This document shows positions 48,334-59,000 of a DNA stretch of 64,000 nucleotides, piece after piece (the stretch's first letter is position 1; each line of letters starts with the position of its first letter). Origin of the DNA: Candidatus Flexicrinis affinis (GTDB lineage: Bacteria; Chloroflexota; Anaerolineae; Aggregatilineales; Phototrophicaceae); NCBI GenBank assembly GCA_016716525.1, contig JADJWE010000002.1, forward strand, positions 579,951-643,950, in the 5' to 3' direction. The notes beneath the pieces are model-generated. The model had not been told where the DNA came from. It saw only the letters and a program-made list of their open reading frames with translations, and ran no database searches. Position numbers and translations under genes: made by a program.

Positions 48334-49985
48334 GAGTTCGCCCGCTCTACTCGCTCGACTGTGGCCAGCTCGCACGTCCCTGCGGTCGCGTTTGGCGGCG
48401 CTCGCCGGCATCGGCACCGTGCTTGTCGGCGCGCTAGTGGCCGTGATCACCGGGCAGGTCGCCCGTGCGCAGCTGACCGCCACCGTTGGCACCGCGCTGG
48501 TCTCGACCGCGCAGCAAATCGCCGACCTGCTCGACCGTGAAATGTACGAGCGCTGGCGCGATGTCGAATTCACGGCGGGGCTTCGGCGTATGAACGATCC
48601 GAAGTCGTCAGTAGAGGATCGTCGGGATCTGCTAAACGAGCTCAAGGGTACGTATCGCTACTACTCGTGGATCGGGTTCACAGACACGACTGGGACGATC
48701 ATCGCCGGCTCGGATGGACTTCTGGAGGGCGAGTCGGTCGCGGCGCGTCCGTGGTTCATCGGCGGTCTGACAGGTATGTTCGTGGGCGACGTACGCGATG
48801 CAGTCCTGTTGGCGCGCGTTCTCGAAGTCGATCCGAACACGCCACTGCGGTTTGTCGACTTCGCCGTGCCGGTCAAAGCGCCGGATGGCACGCTGTTGGG
48901 CGTACTGGGCGCGCACTTGAGCTGGGAATGGGCGCGTGACCTGACGTCGTCGTTCCGGGTAGACAACGGCAGTGACAGCGTGCTGCGCGATCTCGATGTG
49001 ATGATCGTCAATCGGGACGGCCGCTTGCTGATGAGTTTGGATGACGTGGGCGCGGGTGCCGTAGAGACCCTGCCGGTCGTGGATCCCGAACTATATGCGC
49101 CGCGACTCGCCAACGACAATCCGACCTATTGGCTGTCTGAGTGGCCGGATGGAGTCCGCTATGCGGTCGCCGCGGTCAGCGACACCGGATATGAGGCGTA
49201 TCCTGGGCTTGGCTGGACGGTCGTAGTGCGACAGACCGAATCGATTGCGCTGGCGCCAGCCTCGCTCATTCAGGCGCCCATTTTGCTTGTCGGGCTCGCC
49301 GCGGGCGTCGTCGTCGCAGCGCTGGTGTGGGTCGCGACAGGCCGACTAATGCGGTCGCTCTTACAAGTCGTACAGGCTGCGGAGCTCGCCGCTTCCGGCG
49401 TAAACCTGACCGATCTGCCGGTACACTCGCGGCTCGCTGAAGTGAGCCAGCTCAGCAGCGCCCTGACGCACATGATGCATGAGCTTGAGGGTCGCAAGCA
49501 TGCAAGCAGCCACGACTTCCTGACCGGTCTCGCCAATCGTGCCGCGTTCGAAAGTGCGCTTCAGGAAACGCTCACCCGCGGCGTTCAGGTACAGATCGCC
49601 GTGGCAATCGTTGACCTAGACTCCTTCAAACCTGTCAACGACAAGTTCGGCCATGCGGCCGGCGACGCCGTGCTGCGTGTCCTCGCGCGCCGCTTTGCCG
49701 ACGCCGTCCGCGGGCACGGCCTGCTCGCCCGGCTAGGGTGGCGACGAGTTCGCCGTGATGCTCGCGCCAATCGAGTCACAAGAGGCTGCTCTCGGCACGA
49801 TTCAAACCCTGATTGACGCCGCGGGCGACGAGATCGAGGAGCTTTCGGTCGTCGTAGGGGCAAGCGCTGGAGTGAGCTACAGCCCCGACCACGGAATCAC
49901 TGTGGCAGAGCTGCTGGCAGCAGCGGATCGCGCGTTGTATGCCGCCAAACGTGCGGGGCGCGGGCGCGCGCGCGTGGCCGATTAA
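48326..49985 (+). pseudogene. Membrane diguanylate cyclase: periplasmic Cache-like sensor, HAMP and GGDEF; frame broken inside the GGDEF motif (as sequenced)
   Basis: 'ARPWF' Cache signature and a HAMP segment. The GGDEF motif reads 'LLARLG' then switches frame ('GDEFAVMLAPIE' lies in the 49755..49985 frame). The cause is one extra g in 'ctaGGGtggcg'. Its ATG overlaps the stop of the second kinase gene. Confidence 0.7.
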
Positions 49986-52184
49986 CTCCAGCCGGTCTGC
50001 AAGTTCTGCCGGGGCGCGTCTGATACCGCGCTCGGGTTGAATCAAGAATACCAGTTCAAACGTACTGCCTTGCGGGGATGAACGGACGTCGACCGTCCCG
50101 CCGTGGGTCTCGACGATCTTCTTGACCATCGCGAGGCCCAAACCCGTACCGCCCCGCTGCGCGCTTTGTCGGCCTTATAAGCGATCGAAGATGTGCGGAA
50201 TATCCTCGGGCGCGATTCCGGACCCAAAGTCGGTTACGCTGACAGAGACGTGCGAAGGCGCTGCGTGGGTGCGATCTCGATTGGTTTGTCGGCCGGAGAA
50301 AAGAGGTAGGCGTTCTGGATGACGTGACGGCAGGCTTGTGTCAGCAGGTGTTGATCACCCACGATTGGCGGCAGGGACGGGGCCAGGTCAAGCTGTGGAG
50401 GGACACGCAATCCGATCGCACCGACGACGGCTAACGCATCACGAACCACGCCGTTGAGGTCGACCTCGGTCAGCGCGTGCATCGGCCCGGCGTCCAACGA
50501 CGCGAGAGTCTGCAGATCGTCGACGAGCTTCGTCAAGTGCACAATCTGCTGTTCGATCTCGGACAGCCGCCCCTTACGGATGGCCGGATCATCCGCCCGG
50601 GACATGACATAGGCCGCACTGCTGATCACGGTCAGCGGCGTGCGCAGTTCGTGACTGCTGTTGGCGATGAATTCGGCGTTGACGCGCATGCGTTCGCGTT
50701 CAAGACGCAGTTCGAACGCCCGCTTTTCGGCCTCGCGCCAGTCTGTAATGTCGTGAAGCACGCCGACATGTGTAGCAACCCGTCCCGATGCATCACGGCT
50801 GAACACCCGATCGGCCGAGCGAATCGTCCTCCACTTCCCGTCCGCAGCACGCATCCGGAACTCGAGCTCGAGCACCTCGTCGTCGCCTCAGACGCGACAA
50901 GCCGCGCGAAGTGAGCCTGCTTGCGTTCGAGATCCGCCGGATGGACAAGATGGTCGAAAGGATCGGGATCGTAAGCGTCCCACCGATTCTTTGGGTAGCC
51001 GAGCAGTTCACGCACATCGACGTTCTGATAGATCGTCCGGCGCGTGCCGGTGTCGAGCAGATAAATCATCTCCGGCGCCGCATATGTCACCTGCTCGAGG
51101 AGCCTTGTCTGCTGCTCGCGCTCGGCATACGCTTTTTTGAGTTCGGTGTGTTCCGTCACCGTACCGACGATCTGCGCGAGCGTGCCGCCTTCCATACGAA
51201 ACGGGACGATCTCGGTCTGATACCAGCGCAGATTTCCTTGTGCGTCGCGCGAACGCGCTTCGAACGACGCGTGTTCGTCACCTGGACAAGCCGCGCCAGT
51301 GCGTCGAAGACTTTCCAGCGATCGTCTTCCATCACGAAGTCAAACGTTTGGGAAGAATTGACCTCGTTCCACGTCTGTTCGTCAAAGCCGAAGAACGACC
51401 ACATCGACTGGCTCGAAAAAGCGAGCTCATCTTTGAGTACGTCGTAAACGAATACGAAGCCGGGCGTCGTGCGCAGTACGGACTCGAACATGGATTTCTG
51501 TTCGCGCAGCGCCGCTTCCGAGCGCGAAACTTGCTCAACTTGAGCGGCCAACGACTCGGTCTGCCCCTCCACGCGATCCAGCAGCGGATAGTGAACGAAC
51601 ACCGCGTAGCCGCCGATGGCGACCACAATAACGACAATACGCGCGATGTTGATGACCTGCTGCAGGCCCGATACTTGCGAGAATTCGGCGCGCTGACTCC
51701 GAGCATAGGCGATGAGATCGGCAGTGAGTCCCGGCGTCTGCGCCTGAAGCAGGAGGACGTCGGGATTTTCGGCATCGACCTCGCCAATCGGCAACGCGCT
51801 CAACCGTTCAATGGCCGCAACGACGGCCTCGATGCGCGGACGCGCCTGCAAGTCTTCGAGCTGGAACATCTCGCGGAAGTCGCTCGTATCGGGGAGGATG
51901 TCGACCAGCGAGGTGACTTCGCCGATCTGATCTGCCTCGCGCTGCATCACCGCAAGCAAGCTGGCAGTCTCCCTCTCCCCGGCATCAATCAAGCGGTCCG
52001 CCATAAAGGCGATATCGTCAAGCGGGGTAATGATCTCGTTGAGGTGGCCGAACAGCTCCGCAGAGTCGGTCTCGGTGGAGCGAATCCAATTGAACATCAG
52101 TTCGCTGCTGATCACCAGAATGGCGATCAGTACGACAAAGACGAGGGTGGCGCGGCGCGTTGGAAGCGTTAGCGTACGATTCAT
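49982..52184 (-). pseudogene. Large membrane sensor histidine kinase (periplasmic sensor, two PAS, HisKA, HATPase_c) with at least five frame breaks (as sequenced)
   Basis: Domain pieces are spread over the 51156..52184, 50632..51195, 50234..50875, 50042..50227 and 49776..50141 frames. Breaks lie at about 51250 (a gg run that should be ggg), about 50880, about 50255, about 50195 (a ta repeat) and about 50175 (a gggg run). The 3' end is inferred to be the TAA at 49982..49984, abutting the cyclase stop. Confidence 0.6.
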
Positions 52185-52364
52185 CAGGTCCCGAGCACCC
52201 GTCGTCGCGGATGCTACTCAACAGCATACACATTGTAGCGCAACGTTACTTGCACAAGTTTTGTGAATTGCGTCCGGACCCATGCGCGCTGCGACAACAT
52301 GACAGAAGTCATCGGGATCGCACGATTTTCTATAGATTCATGTAGATCTTTGGACATTTACCGA

Positions 52365-52370
52365 TATAAT
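52365..52370 (+). promoter_or_regulatory. Candidate -10 hexamer TATAAT upstream of hemH
   Basis: 'ccgatataatg' sits in an AT-rich divergent intergenic region 32 nt upstream of the hemH start. No good -35 is found at the 17-nt spacing. Confidence 0.3.
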
Positions 52371-52401
52371 GTTCGAGTCGTCACCCATCGAGTTAACGCG
52401 T

Positions 52402-53475
52402 ATGACGGTCTCACGGTCGAAAGTCGGCGTCGTAGTCGGGCAGCTTGGCACCCCGACCGCACCGACTCCGCATGCCTTGCGCCCGTACCTGCGGCAGTTT
52501 CTATCCGACATGCGGGTCATCGATTATCACCCGTTGGCGTGGCAGCCCGTACTGCACGGGATCATCCTGCGCACCCGCCCACGCCGGTCGGCGAAGCTGT
52601 ACGCGCGTATCTGGACCGATGAAGGGTCGCCGCTGCTGGTCTATTCACGCCAGCAGGTCGAACTGCTGCAAGCGCGGCTGGGCGACGCGTTCGAGGTCGT
52701 CCTAGGCATGCGTTACGGCCAACCCGGCCTGATCGATGCGATCCGTGGGCTGGAGGCGCGCGGGATCGACCGCATCGTCGTGCTGCCGATGTACCCGCAG
52801 TACAGCTCGACCACCACAGCGTCGATCTACGACGGCGCATATCAAGGCGCGGCCGGCCGCCGGTGCCCGCTGTTCAACGAGCGCAAGCGTTTCGTGCCAA
52901 CCTTGCGCTTTGTCGAGCCTTACTTCGACCACCCCGGCTACATCGAGTCGATGTGCCGCCATCTCACCGCACAAATCGATTCCATGGACGCGCCGCCGGA
53001 CGTCACCATTCTCACGTTCCACGGGATCCCGAACCGTTACATTCAGACCGGAGACCCGTACCGAGCGCAGTGCGATTCGACCGCCCGCCTGCTTGCCGAG
53101 GCCATGGGCTGGGACGAGTCCCAGTGGCGCGTGAGTTTCCAGTCGCGGTTCGGGCCGGAGAAGTGGCTTGAGCCGTACACCGACGGCACGATTGAACAGC
53201 TCGCCCACGAAAAGGCTGGGCGGGTGCTGGTGTTCTCGCCGGGGTTCACCACCGACTGCCTCGAAACGCTGGACGAACTCGGCAACGAGGGGCGCGAGGC
53301 ATTTGTCGAGGCCGGCGGCAGCGAGCACGACTTCACGCTCGCTCCATGCTTGAACGCCAACCCCGACTGGATCGACGTCCTCGCCGGCCTCGTCCGGCAA
53401 AATGCGGCGGGTTGGACAGACGCCGCCAGCACGCACGAATTTCACCACGCAGTTGAAGGAGCGACCCTACCGTGA
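52402..53475 (+). CDS. hemH: Ferrochelatase
   Basis: 'VVLPMYPQYSSTT', 'LTFHGIP' and 'LVFSPGFTTDCLETLDEL' match the ferrochelatase signature regions. Start is the Met at 52402 within the track ORF. Confidence 0.85.
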   Translation: MTVSRSKVGVVVGQLGTPTAPTPHALRPYLRQFLSDMRVIDYHPLAWQPVLHGIILRTRPRRSAKLYARIWTDEGSPLLVYSRQQVELLQARLGDAFEVVLGMRYGQPGLIDAIRGLEARGIDRIVVLPMYPQYSSTTTASIYDGAYQGAAGRRCPLFNERKRFVPTLRFVEPYFDHPGYIESMCRHLTAQIDSMDAPPDVTILTFHGIPNRYIQTGDPYRAQCDSTARLLAEAMGWDESQWRVSFQSRFGPEKWLEPYTDGTIEQLAHEKAGRVLVFSPGFTTDCLETLDELGNEGREAFVEAGGSEHDFTLAPCLNANPDWIDVLAGLVRQNAAGWTDAASTHEFHHAVEGATLP

Positions 53476-53912
53476 ACGACACAACCCCGCACTCGACCTT
53501 GTTCAAGCCGCTTTCCGCCCCGGTTCGATACGCGTTAATCGCGTTCGGCTTCGTGTTCGTGGCCGTCGGGCTGATTGGCACGGTCGTGCCCGGCCTGCCG
53601 TCCACGATCTTCTTCATCCTCGCGGCGCTGTGTTTCGGGCGGGCGTCGGAGCGGTGGTACCAGTGGCTCGTGACGCGCCCGTTCGTCGGCAAGCACTTCC
53701 ACACGTTCATGCAAGGCAAAGGCCTCACCGCACGCGCCAAGACCATCGCCATCGCGGCGTGCTGGATCATGCTGCTCGCGCTGGCGCTCACGGTCGTGAT
53801 CAGCGCCGGGGGACGGGCTGCGCTGGCGGTGACGGCGCTCATTCAGGCGTTCGTCGTGCTGCGCGTGCCGACCTATGTCGAGCCTGAGCCCTCGCTCGCC
53901 TCAGGCGATTAG
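53472..53912 (+). CDS. DUF454/YbaN-family inner-membrane protein
   Basis: 146 aa with a 'GLPSTIFFILAALCFGRASERWYQWL' core. It overlaps the hemH stop (ATGA-type coupling). Confidence 0.65.
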   Translation: MNDTTPHSTLFKPLSAPVRYALIAFGFVFVAVGLIGTVVPGLPSTIFFILAALCFGRASERWYQWLVTRPFVGKHFHTFMQGKGLTARAKTIAIAACWIMLLALALTVVISAGGRAALAVTALIQAFVVLRVPTYVEPEPSLASGD

Positions 53913-54020
53913 ACCGGATTACTGTTAGGACCGGCGCGGAAGCCTGTCAGGTTCCGGTTAGCGACTGGCTGTCGTTCTATACTCGTGCGGATGTGTCCGG
54001 CCCTACCGGGAGGCCCGCCG

Positions 54021-55782
54021 ATGTTCCGCGCCCTGACCCTGATTGTCTGTATCGCACTGCTGGCAGCGACCGGCGCTGCTGCACAGGATAGCCCGTACCT
54101 GACCGGCACCTTGACGACCGTGGACGTCGGCGGCGTCGAGCGTCAGTACGTGCTGTTCGCGCCGGATGACCTGCCCGCCGATGCGCCCCTTGTCGTCGTA
54201 TTGCACGGCCGATTCCAGTCGGCTCGGTCGATCGAGGCGTTCACGCACCTAAATGCCGCCGCGCAAGAAAACGGCTGGATCGTCGCGTACCCGAACGCCG
54301 TCAACGGCAGTTGGGAGGACGGCGGGCGCGAGTCCGGCCTGCCGCGCACTGGCGATCCGGTCGATGACGTCGGGTTCTTCGACGCGGTCGTCGCCGACGT
54401 GACCGCTACCCACAGCACCGGTTCGATCAACGCGGCAGCCTTCGACACCGGCGGCACCCTGCTCCAGCGCATCCTGTGCGAAGCTGAGACCGAACTCGAC
54501 ACGGCGATGCTGGTCGCGTCGGTGGTGTGGTCGCACACGCTGGAACGCTGCGCCGAGGCGCGGATCGATACGCGCATGCTGCTCGTGTTCGGCGCGCTCG
54601 ACTCGATTTACGAGCCGCTGGGCACGACCTTCGACACCCTGCCCCGCCCGGACGGCACGCCCAACCGCCGCGGCGGCTTTGACGAGACGGCCAAGTTCTG
54701 GGCGTCACGCGCGGGCTGCGACCCGGACTCGACGCAGACCGGTCAGTCGGTCGTGTTCGAAGGCTGCCCGATCGACGGCCAAGTGACGGCGATGCTGCTG
54801 CCGAGCGCCGGGCACGAATGGCCGCGCTCCGGCGACTACGCGATCACCGGCGGGTTCAACCCACTGCACGACGGCGTAACCTTGCTCGGTGAACTGCTGG
54901 CGGGCCGCCTGCCGGTCGATCCGGTCGATCCGCCCGACGTGCTCGTGCCGCCGCGCACATTCATCGCCTACGTGCCGACAGCCTACACCGCCGACGCGCC
55001 GCTGCCCGTGGTCGTCGCGCTGCACGGCCGGCCCGACACCGGTGCCGGATTCGCCGCCATCACCGCCATGACGCCGATTGCCGAAGAAGAAGGCTTCATC
55101 GCCGTGTTCCCCGACGGCGTCGACAACCAGTGGAACTACCTCGAAGGCGTGACGGGCGAAACGCCGTACAACTATGTGAGCGACGTGCGCTTCCTCGACC
55201 GGCTGATCGACGACCTCGCCGTCGACCTCAACATCGACGCGGCACGCGTGTACCTGACCGGCTTCAGCAACGGCGGATTCATGACCTACCGGATGGCCTG
55301 CGAGCCAACCGTCAACCGCTTTGCCGCGTTCGCCGTGGCCGGCGCGCTGATGTACCCCGAGTTTCAACCGCCGTGCCTTGTCAGTCCGCCGCGCCCGATG
55401 CTGATCGAGCACGGCACCGAGGACATCAGCATTTCGTGGGACGGCATCACGCACATGCCCGCCCCCCGGCCACCTCGCCGTGACGCTTAACGTGCTGCAA
55501 TCGGTGAGCTTCTGGGCCTCGCGCAACGGGTGCGATCCGACCCTGACCGAGCGATTCGAGTATCCGCGGGCGGACGAGCTGACGGCCGTCATCCGCTTCG
55601 ACTTCGTGGAGTGCGCGGGCGCGCCGGTGACGTTCTACGCCGTGATGGGTGGTGGGCACGGTTGGCCGGGCGTGGATGTCGTGCCGGAGCGCATCGCCGG
55701 GAACAACACGCACGACATCCACCTCACCCACGAAATCTGGGACTTCTTCAAGGATCAGCGCTTGGTGGAGAGTGGTCAGTAG
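54021..55782 (+). pseudogene. Secreted tandem-domain esterase (PHB-depolymerase/LpqC-like alpha/beta-hydrolase, duplicated), with a frame break at about 55465 (as sequenced)
   Basis: Signal peptide (MFRALTLIVCIALLAATGAAAQ) and two homologous halves ('VVVLHGRFQS...' and 'VVVALHGRPDT...GFSNGGFMTY'). The last ~100 aa are in the 55480..55782 frame. The break is in a C6 run ('gcccgCCCCCCggcc'). Confidence 0.6.
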
Positions 55783-56216
55783 GCAGGAGTCAGGTGTAAG
55801 TACCCGACCTCACCCCGCGTCGCTGCGCCCTCTCGAACGAACCTCACCCCAAACCCCTTTCCGCCTCGGAGAGGGGCTTTCAAATCCGGCGTGTGTTTCT
55901 CCCCTCTCCTCGGGAGAGGGGCCGGGGGTGAGGTCTGTTCTGGCCGGGGGTGTCGTTACGCTTGGCGCACCGACCGCCTACTCGTAGGGACGCGATATAT
56001 CGCGTCCGGTGGCGGCGGGCCGATCGCGTTCGCGGACGCCATGTATGGCGTCCCTACCACACCGTGCTTATTCCGCTGCTGAGATCACTCCGCCACGCTG
56101 CGCTCCGCTATCCCTCGCCCTGAGGGGGACGGGCGTTCGTGTCCGGCGCGAGTCGTTCTCCCCTCTCCAGTTGGAGAGAGGTCGGGGGTGAGGTCTGCTT
56201 TGGGCGACGTACTTAC
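55783..56216 (+). repeat. Composite intergenic repeat, copy 3: a 430-bp MITE-like array of hairpin modules filling a convergent intergenic region
   Basis: Starts 1 nt after the esterase stop with M1 'gcaggagtcaggtgtaagtacc'. Contains three M3 hairpins (55854..55876, 55901..55937, 56160..56197), the last two each followed by 'cgggggtgaggtctg'. A 73-nt nested palindrome spans 55985..56057 (ggacgcgata|tatcgcgtcc and ggacgccat-gt-atggcgtcc, framed by gtaggg...ccctac). Imperfect terminal inverted repeats share GTAAGTAC and GACCTCACCCC (55796..55816 vs 56184..56216). Confidence 0.7.
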
Positions 56217-56221
56217 CATTT

Positions 56222-57499
56222 CTACGGCGTCGACGTCGCTGTAGCCACCATGCACGGCCAGGTCCCATACGTCGGACAGTCCTGAACGAGTGGCTCGCCC
56301 GGGGGATCCTCGGCCCAACTGTACCCATGTCCCGGGTACGCAAGGTTGAAAAACGAAATGGCGTCATTGCTACCGGCCAGCCGATCCACATAGAACGCAA
56401 GACCCAATTCCGGGTACGCGATCACGATAAGATCTGGAGTCGCCGCTTTCGCGGTGTCATGTATCGTTGCGACTGGCGGTGAACCGAATACTTCAACGAC
56501 GACGTCTACGGTTGTATCGAGGCGGCCATTCAATTGGTCGACCATGCCTGACACGATGTGTACGTCGATCGCTGAATCTGAGAATAGGAGTGGCAAGTCA
56601 GGGGCGTACCACTGAATCTGACCAGGCAGAACATAGTACTGGATACTCGCGCTTACGAGAGAATCGACTAACTCCTGCTCGGTCGTGACATTCGGCTGGA
56701 TGCCGAGAAAACAGTTTCGCTGACAGTCCGGCCCGCTGAACAGGTTCAGCAGCGCCTGCCCTTCGGTTGAGAGCGACTGTTCGTCCATGTCGGCAGATGT
56801 AGAAACGGCGGTCGGCGTCGCCGTCGGCGCGATACATGGGGCCACATCGTATGTTGCGCACTCTTGGGTCACTGGTGTGCCGGGGGGATGACTTGGCATA
56901 CCGACTCGGTTCTCAGGCTCAGTCAGAAACAAATAACTAGCTCTTTGGGTGTTCTGTGTTGCGTCTACAAAAAACAGTAGGCCCAAGTCTGGATACCCAA
57001 CTAAGTACATGGGGAATTGATACGTTACGACCTCTGGCGCACCGAAAACCTGCAGGATTGCGCTCACGCGGACACCTATCGGAGCGGCAACTTGAATCAC
57101 GGTGCGTTGATCATCTTCTCCGACGGTAATAGTAAATCCGAATGGATCGACTCCATCGTTGACCCCCGCGATCAGCTCAGGTTCCCAGTAAATCACGCCA
57201 TACTCAAAGTGGTATGCTGTGTTGCTCTGTTCGAGGGATGACACAATCTCCGTCGCGGTAGTAACCCCGGGCTCGAGTCCCATATAGCACAGTGGCGAAC
57301 ATTCGCCTGCGAATAGACTGTTGAGGATTTTCACTTCAGATTGCGAATCGAAAGCCGATTGCCCGCCGCCGCCAGTGGGTGTTGGCGTCGTCACGGGCGT
57401 GGATGGCACGGTCGGCTGGGCTTTTGACAGGCCGAGCAGCACAATGCCGAACAAGGTAACTAACAGGCATCTAGACAAGAGGTTCATTGAACATGTCAC
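56222..57499 (-). CDS. Hypothetical secreted protein with an internal tandem duplication, in a low-G+C islet
   Basis: Signal peptide and a Thr/Pro linker. Two ~170-aa repeats ('LNSLFAGECSPLCYMGLEPGVTTATEIVSSLEQ...' and 'LLNLFSGPDCQRNCFLGIQPNVTTEQELVDSLVSAS...'), each with conserved Cys pairs. I recognise no family. Confidence 0.5.
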   Translation of the reverse strand: MTCSMNLLSRCLLVTLFGIVLLGLSKAQPTVPSTPVTTPTPTGGGGQSAFDSQSEVKILNSLFAGECSPLCYMGLEPGVTTATEIVSSLEQSNTAYHFEYGVIYWEPELIAGVNDGVDPFGFTITVGEDDQRTVIQVAAPIGVRVSAILQVFGAPEVVTYQFPMYLVGYPDLGLLFFVDATQNTQRASYLFLTEPENRVGMPSHPPGTPVTQECATYDVAPCIAPTATPTAVSTSADMDEQSLSTEGQALLNLFSGPDCQRNCFLGIQPNVTTEQELVDSLVSASIQYYVLPGQIQWYAPDLPLLFSDSAIDVHIVSGMVDQLNGRLDTTVDVVVEVFGSPPVATIHDTAKAATPDLIVIAYPELGLAFYVDRLAGSNDAISFFNLAYPGHGYSWAEDPPGEPLVQDCPTYGTWPCMVATATSTP

Positions 57500-57681
57500 C
57501 GATCCAATCCGACAACAGCCCGTTCAATGGACGCTGGCGTGGAGATGATGCGGGTCAATCACCCGAAGCGTAACGCCGGATAACCATACCCGGCCAGTAC
57601 CGTTGGCATGGCGTCGGGATGCCGGTAGTCAGGAGTTGCCGCGCGTGGTCTGTGTCGCAATAACCCCTTCCGTCCGTCGCC

Positions 57682-58868
57682 TCACGCCGGCGCGCCGCGG
57701 AACCGGCCCGCCCTTGACGCCAGCGCGATCGCCGCGACCGCCAAGACCATCAGCAGCGTATACGCGCTCTGCATGCCGAACGCGTCGGACAGGCCGCCGA
57801 AGACCTGTACCGTGCTGATCACGGACAGCGACGCGATCATCCCGAAGCGCGCGCTGGCCCGGTTCGCCGCCGGCCCCGCCACCTGCATCCCGCTCGAGAC
57901 GCTCAACGGGCCGAGGTTGCCAACTCCCAGCCCCATCAGGAACAATCCGGCGATGTTCAGCGCGGGGTGTGTGCCCAGCCAGTACAGCGGAAACGTCATC
58001 AGCACCCATACGAAGGCCAGCAGCAGCACGCGCGAGTCGGGCATGACATCCAGCAAGCCGCCCGATGATGCGGCCGAGCGATCGCCACCGCGAACACGCG
58101 CGCTCATCACCGACGCCGACGTGCTCCGGGTCGAGCTTCACGACCGTCGAGAAATACGTCGCGCCCAAGCCGGAGATGAGGTTTTCGATGCCGATGGCGA
58201 GAAACGCGAGGACCGCAAAGAACCAGAATGCGGCCGGAAGCGGCACGACTCGTGCGCGGCGCGCCGTCGCCGACGTTTCGGCCGGCGCTGTCGCCGGCGC
58301 CGGGATCGCCAACCCGGCGAACAGCATCCGGTACAGCCCGACGGCAGCCAGCGGAATGAGCGGAATGGCTTGCCAGCCCAACGGCGAGCGCGCGATCATC
58401 CCCGCCAAAATCGGCCCGGCGATCATCGGCAGGCCGGCGATGATGTTGGCCTCGGCATACGCTTGGCCGCATGTGGGCCGGCAGCGACCGATATGGCCGT
58501 TGGCGACCATGAAGACCGAGCCGATCGCACAACCGAACACGAACATCGACGCGATTCGTCACCGGCAGCGATCCGCCGAACGCCACGCCCAAAAGGCCGA
58601 TCCCGACCATCACCGCCGCGACCCACACCATCCGGTCGCTGCCCACGCGCGCGACGATTCTATCCGCGACCAGGCTGACGATGATGATGCCGACCGACGA
58701 GACCGTGAAGTGATAGCTGATCTCGGTGAACGTCAGGTTCAGTTTCGCGCCGAGGAACGGCATAGTCGGCCCGATGAGTGAGATCCGGAGGCCAAAGAAC
58801 GCAAGAAAATGCGTAGCTGAACCATGTTGTCGCGTCCGGACGAAGGCGGCAGCGGGTTCGTTAACCAT
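57682..58868 (-). pseudogene. MFS transporter with at least two frame breaks (as sequenced)
   Basis: Three consecutive frames (58868..~58560, ~58546..~58100, ~58100..57682) each carry contiguous MFS-like TM sequence. The rest of each track ORF is Arg/Ala-rich noise. Confidence 0.65.
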
Positions 58869-58939
58869 TCAGGGACATCCTTCACGAACGCGATGGGGTC
58901 ATTTCGCGACATCAAGCGGCAATCGCTATAGCCTAGCCA

Positions 58940-59000
58940 GACGAAGGGGCGACCGCACGGCCGCCCCCGTAAAACCTACCCCTCCTCGGTGGAGGAAGTA
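58940..59000 (-). repeat. Degenerate relative of the composite intergenic repeat (M2-like + M3-like)
   Basis: 'ggggcgaccgcacggccgcccc' is followed by '..cctacccctcctcggtggaggaag'. It lies between the SBP stop (59083) and the MFS start (58868). Confidence 0.35.
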
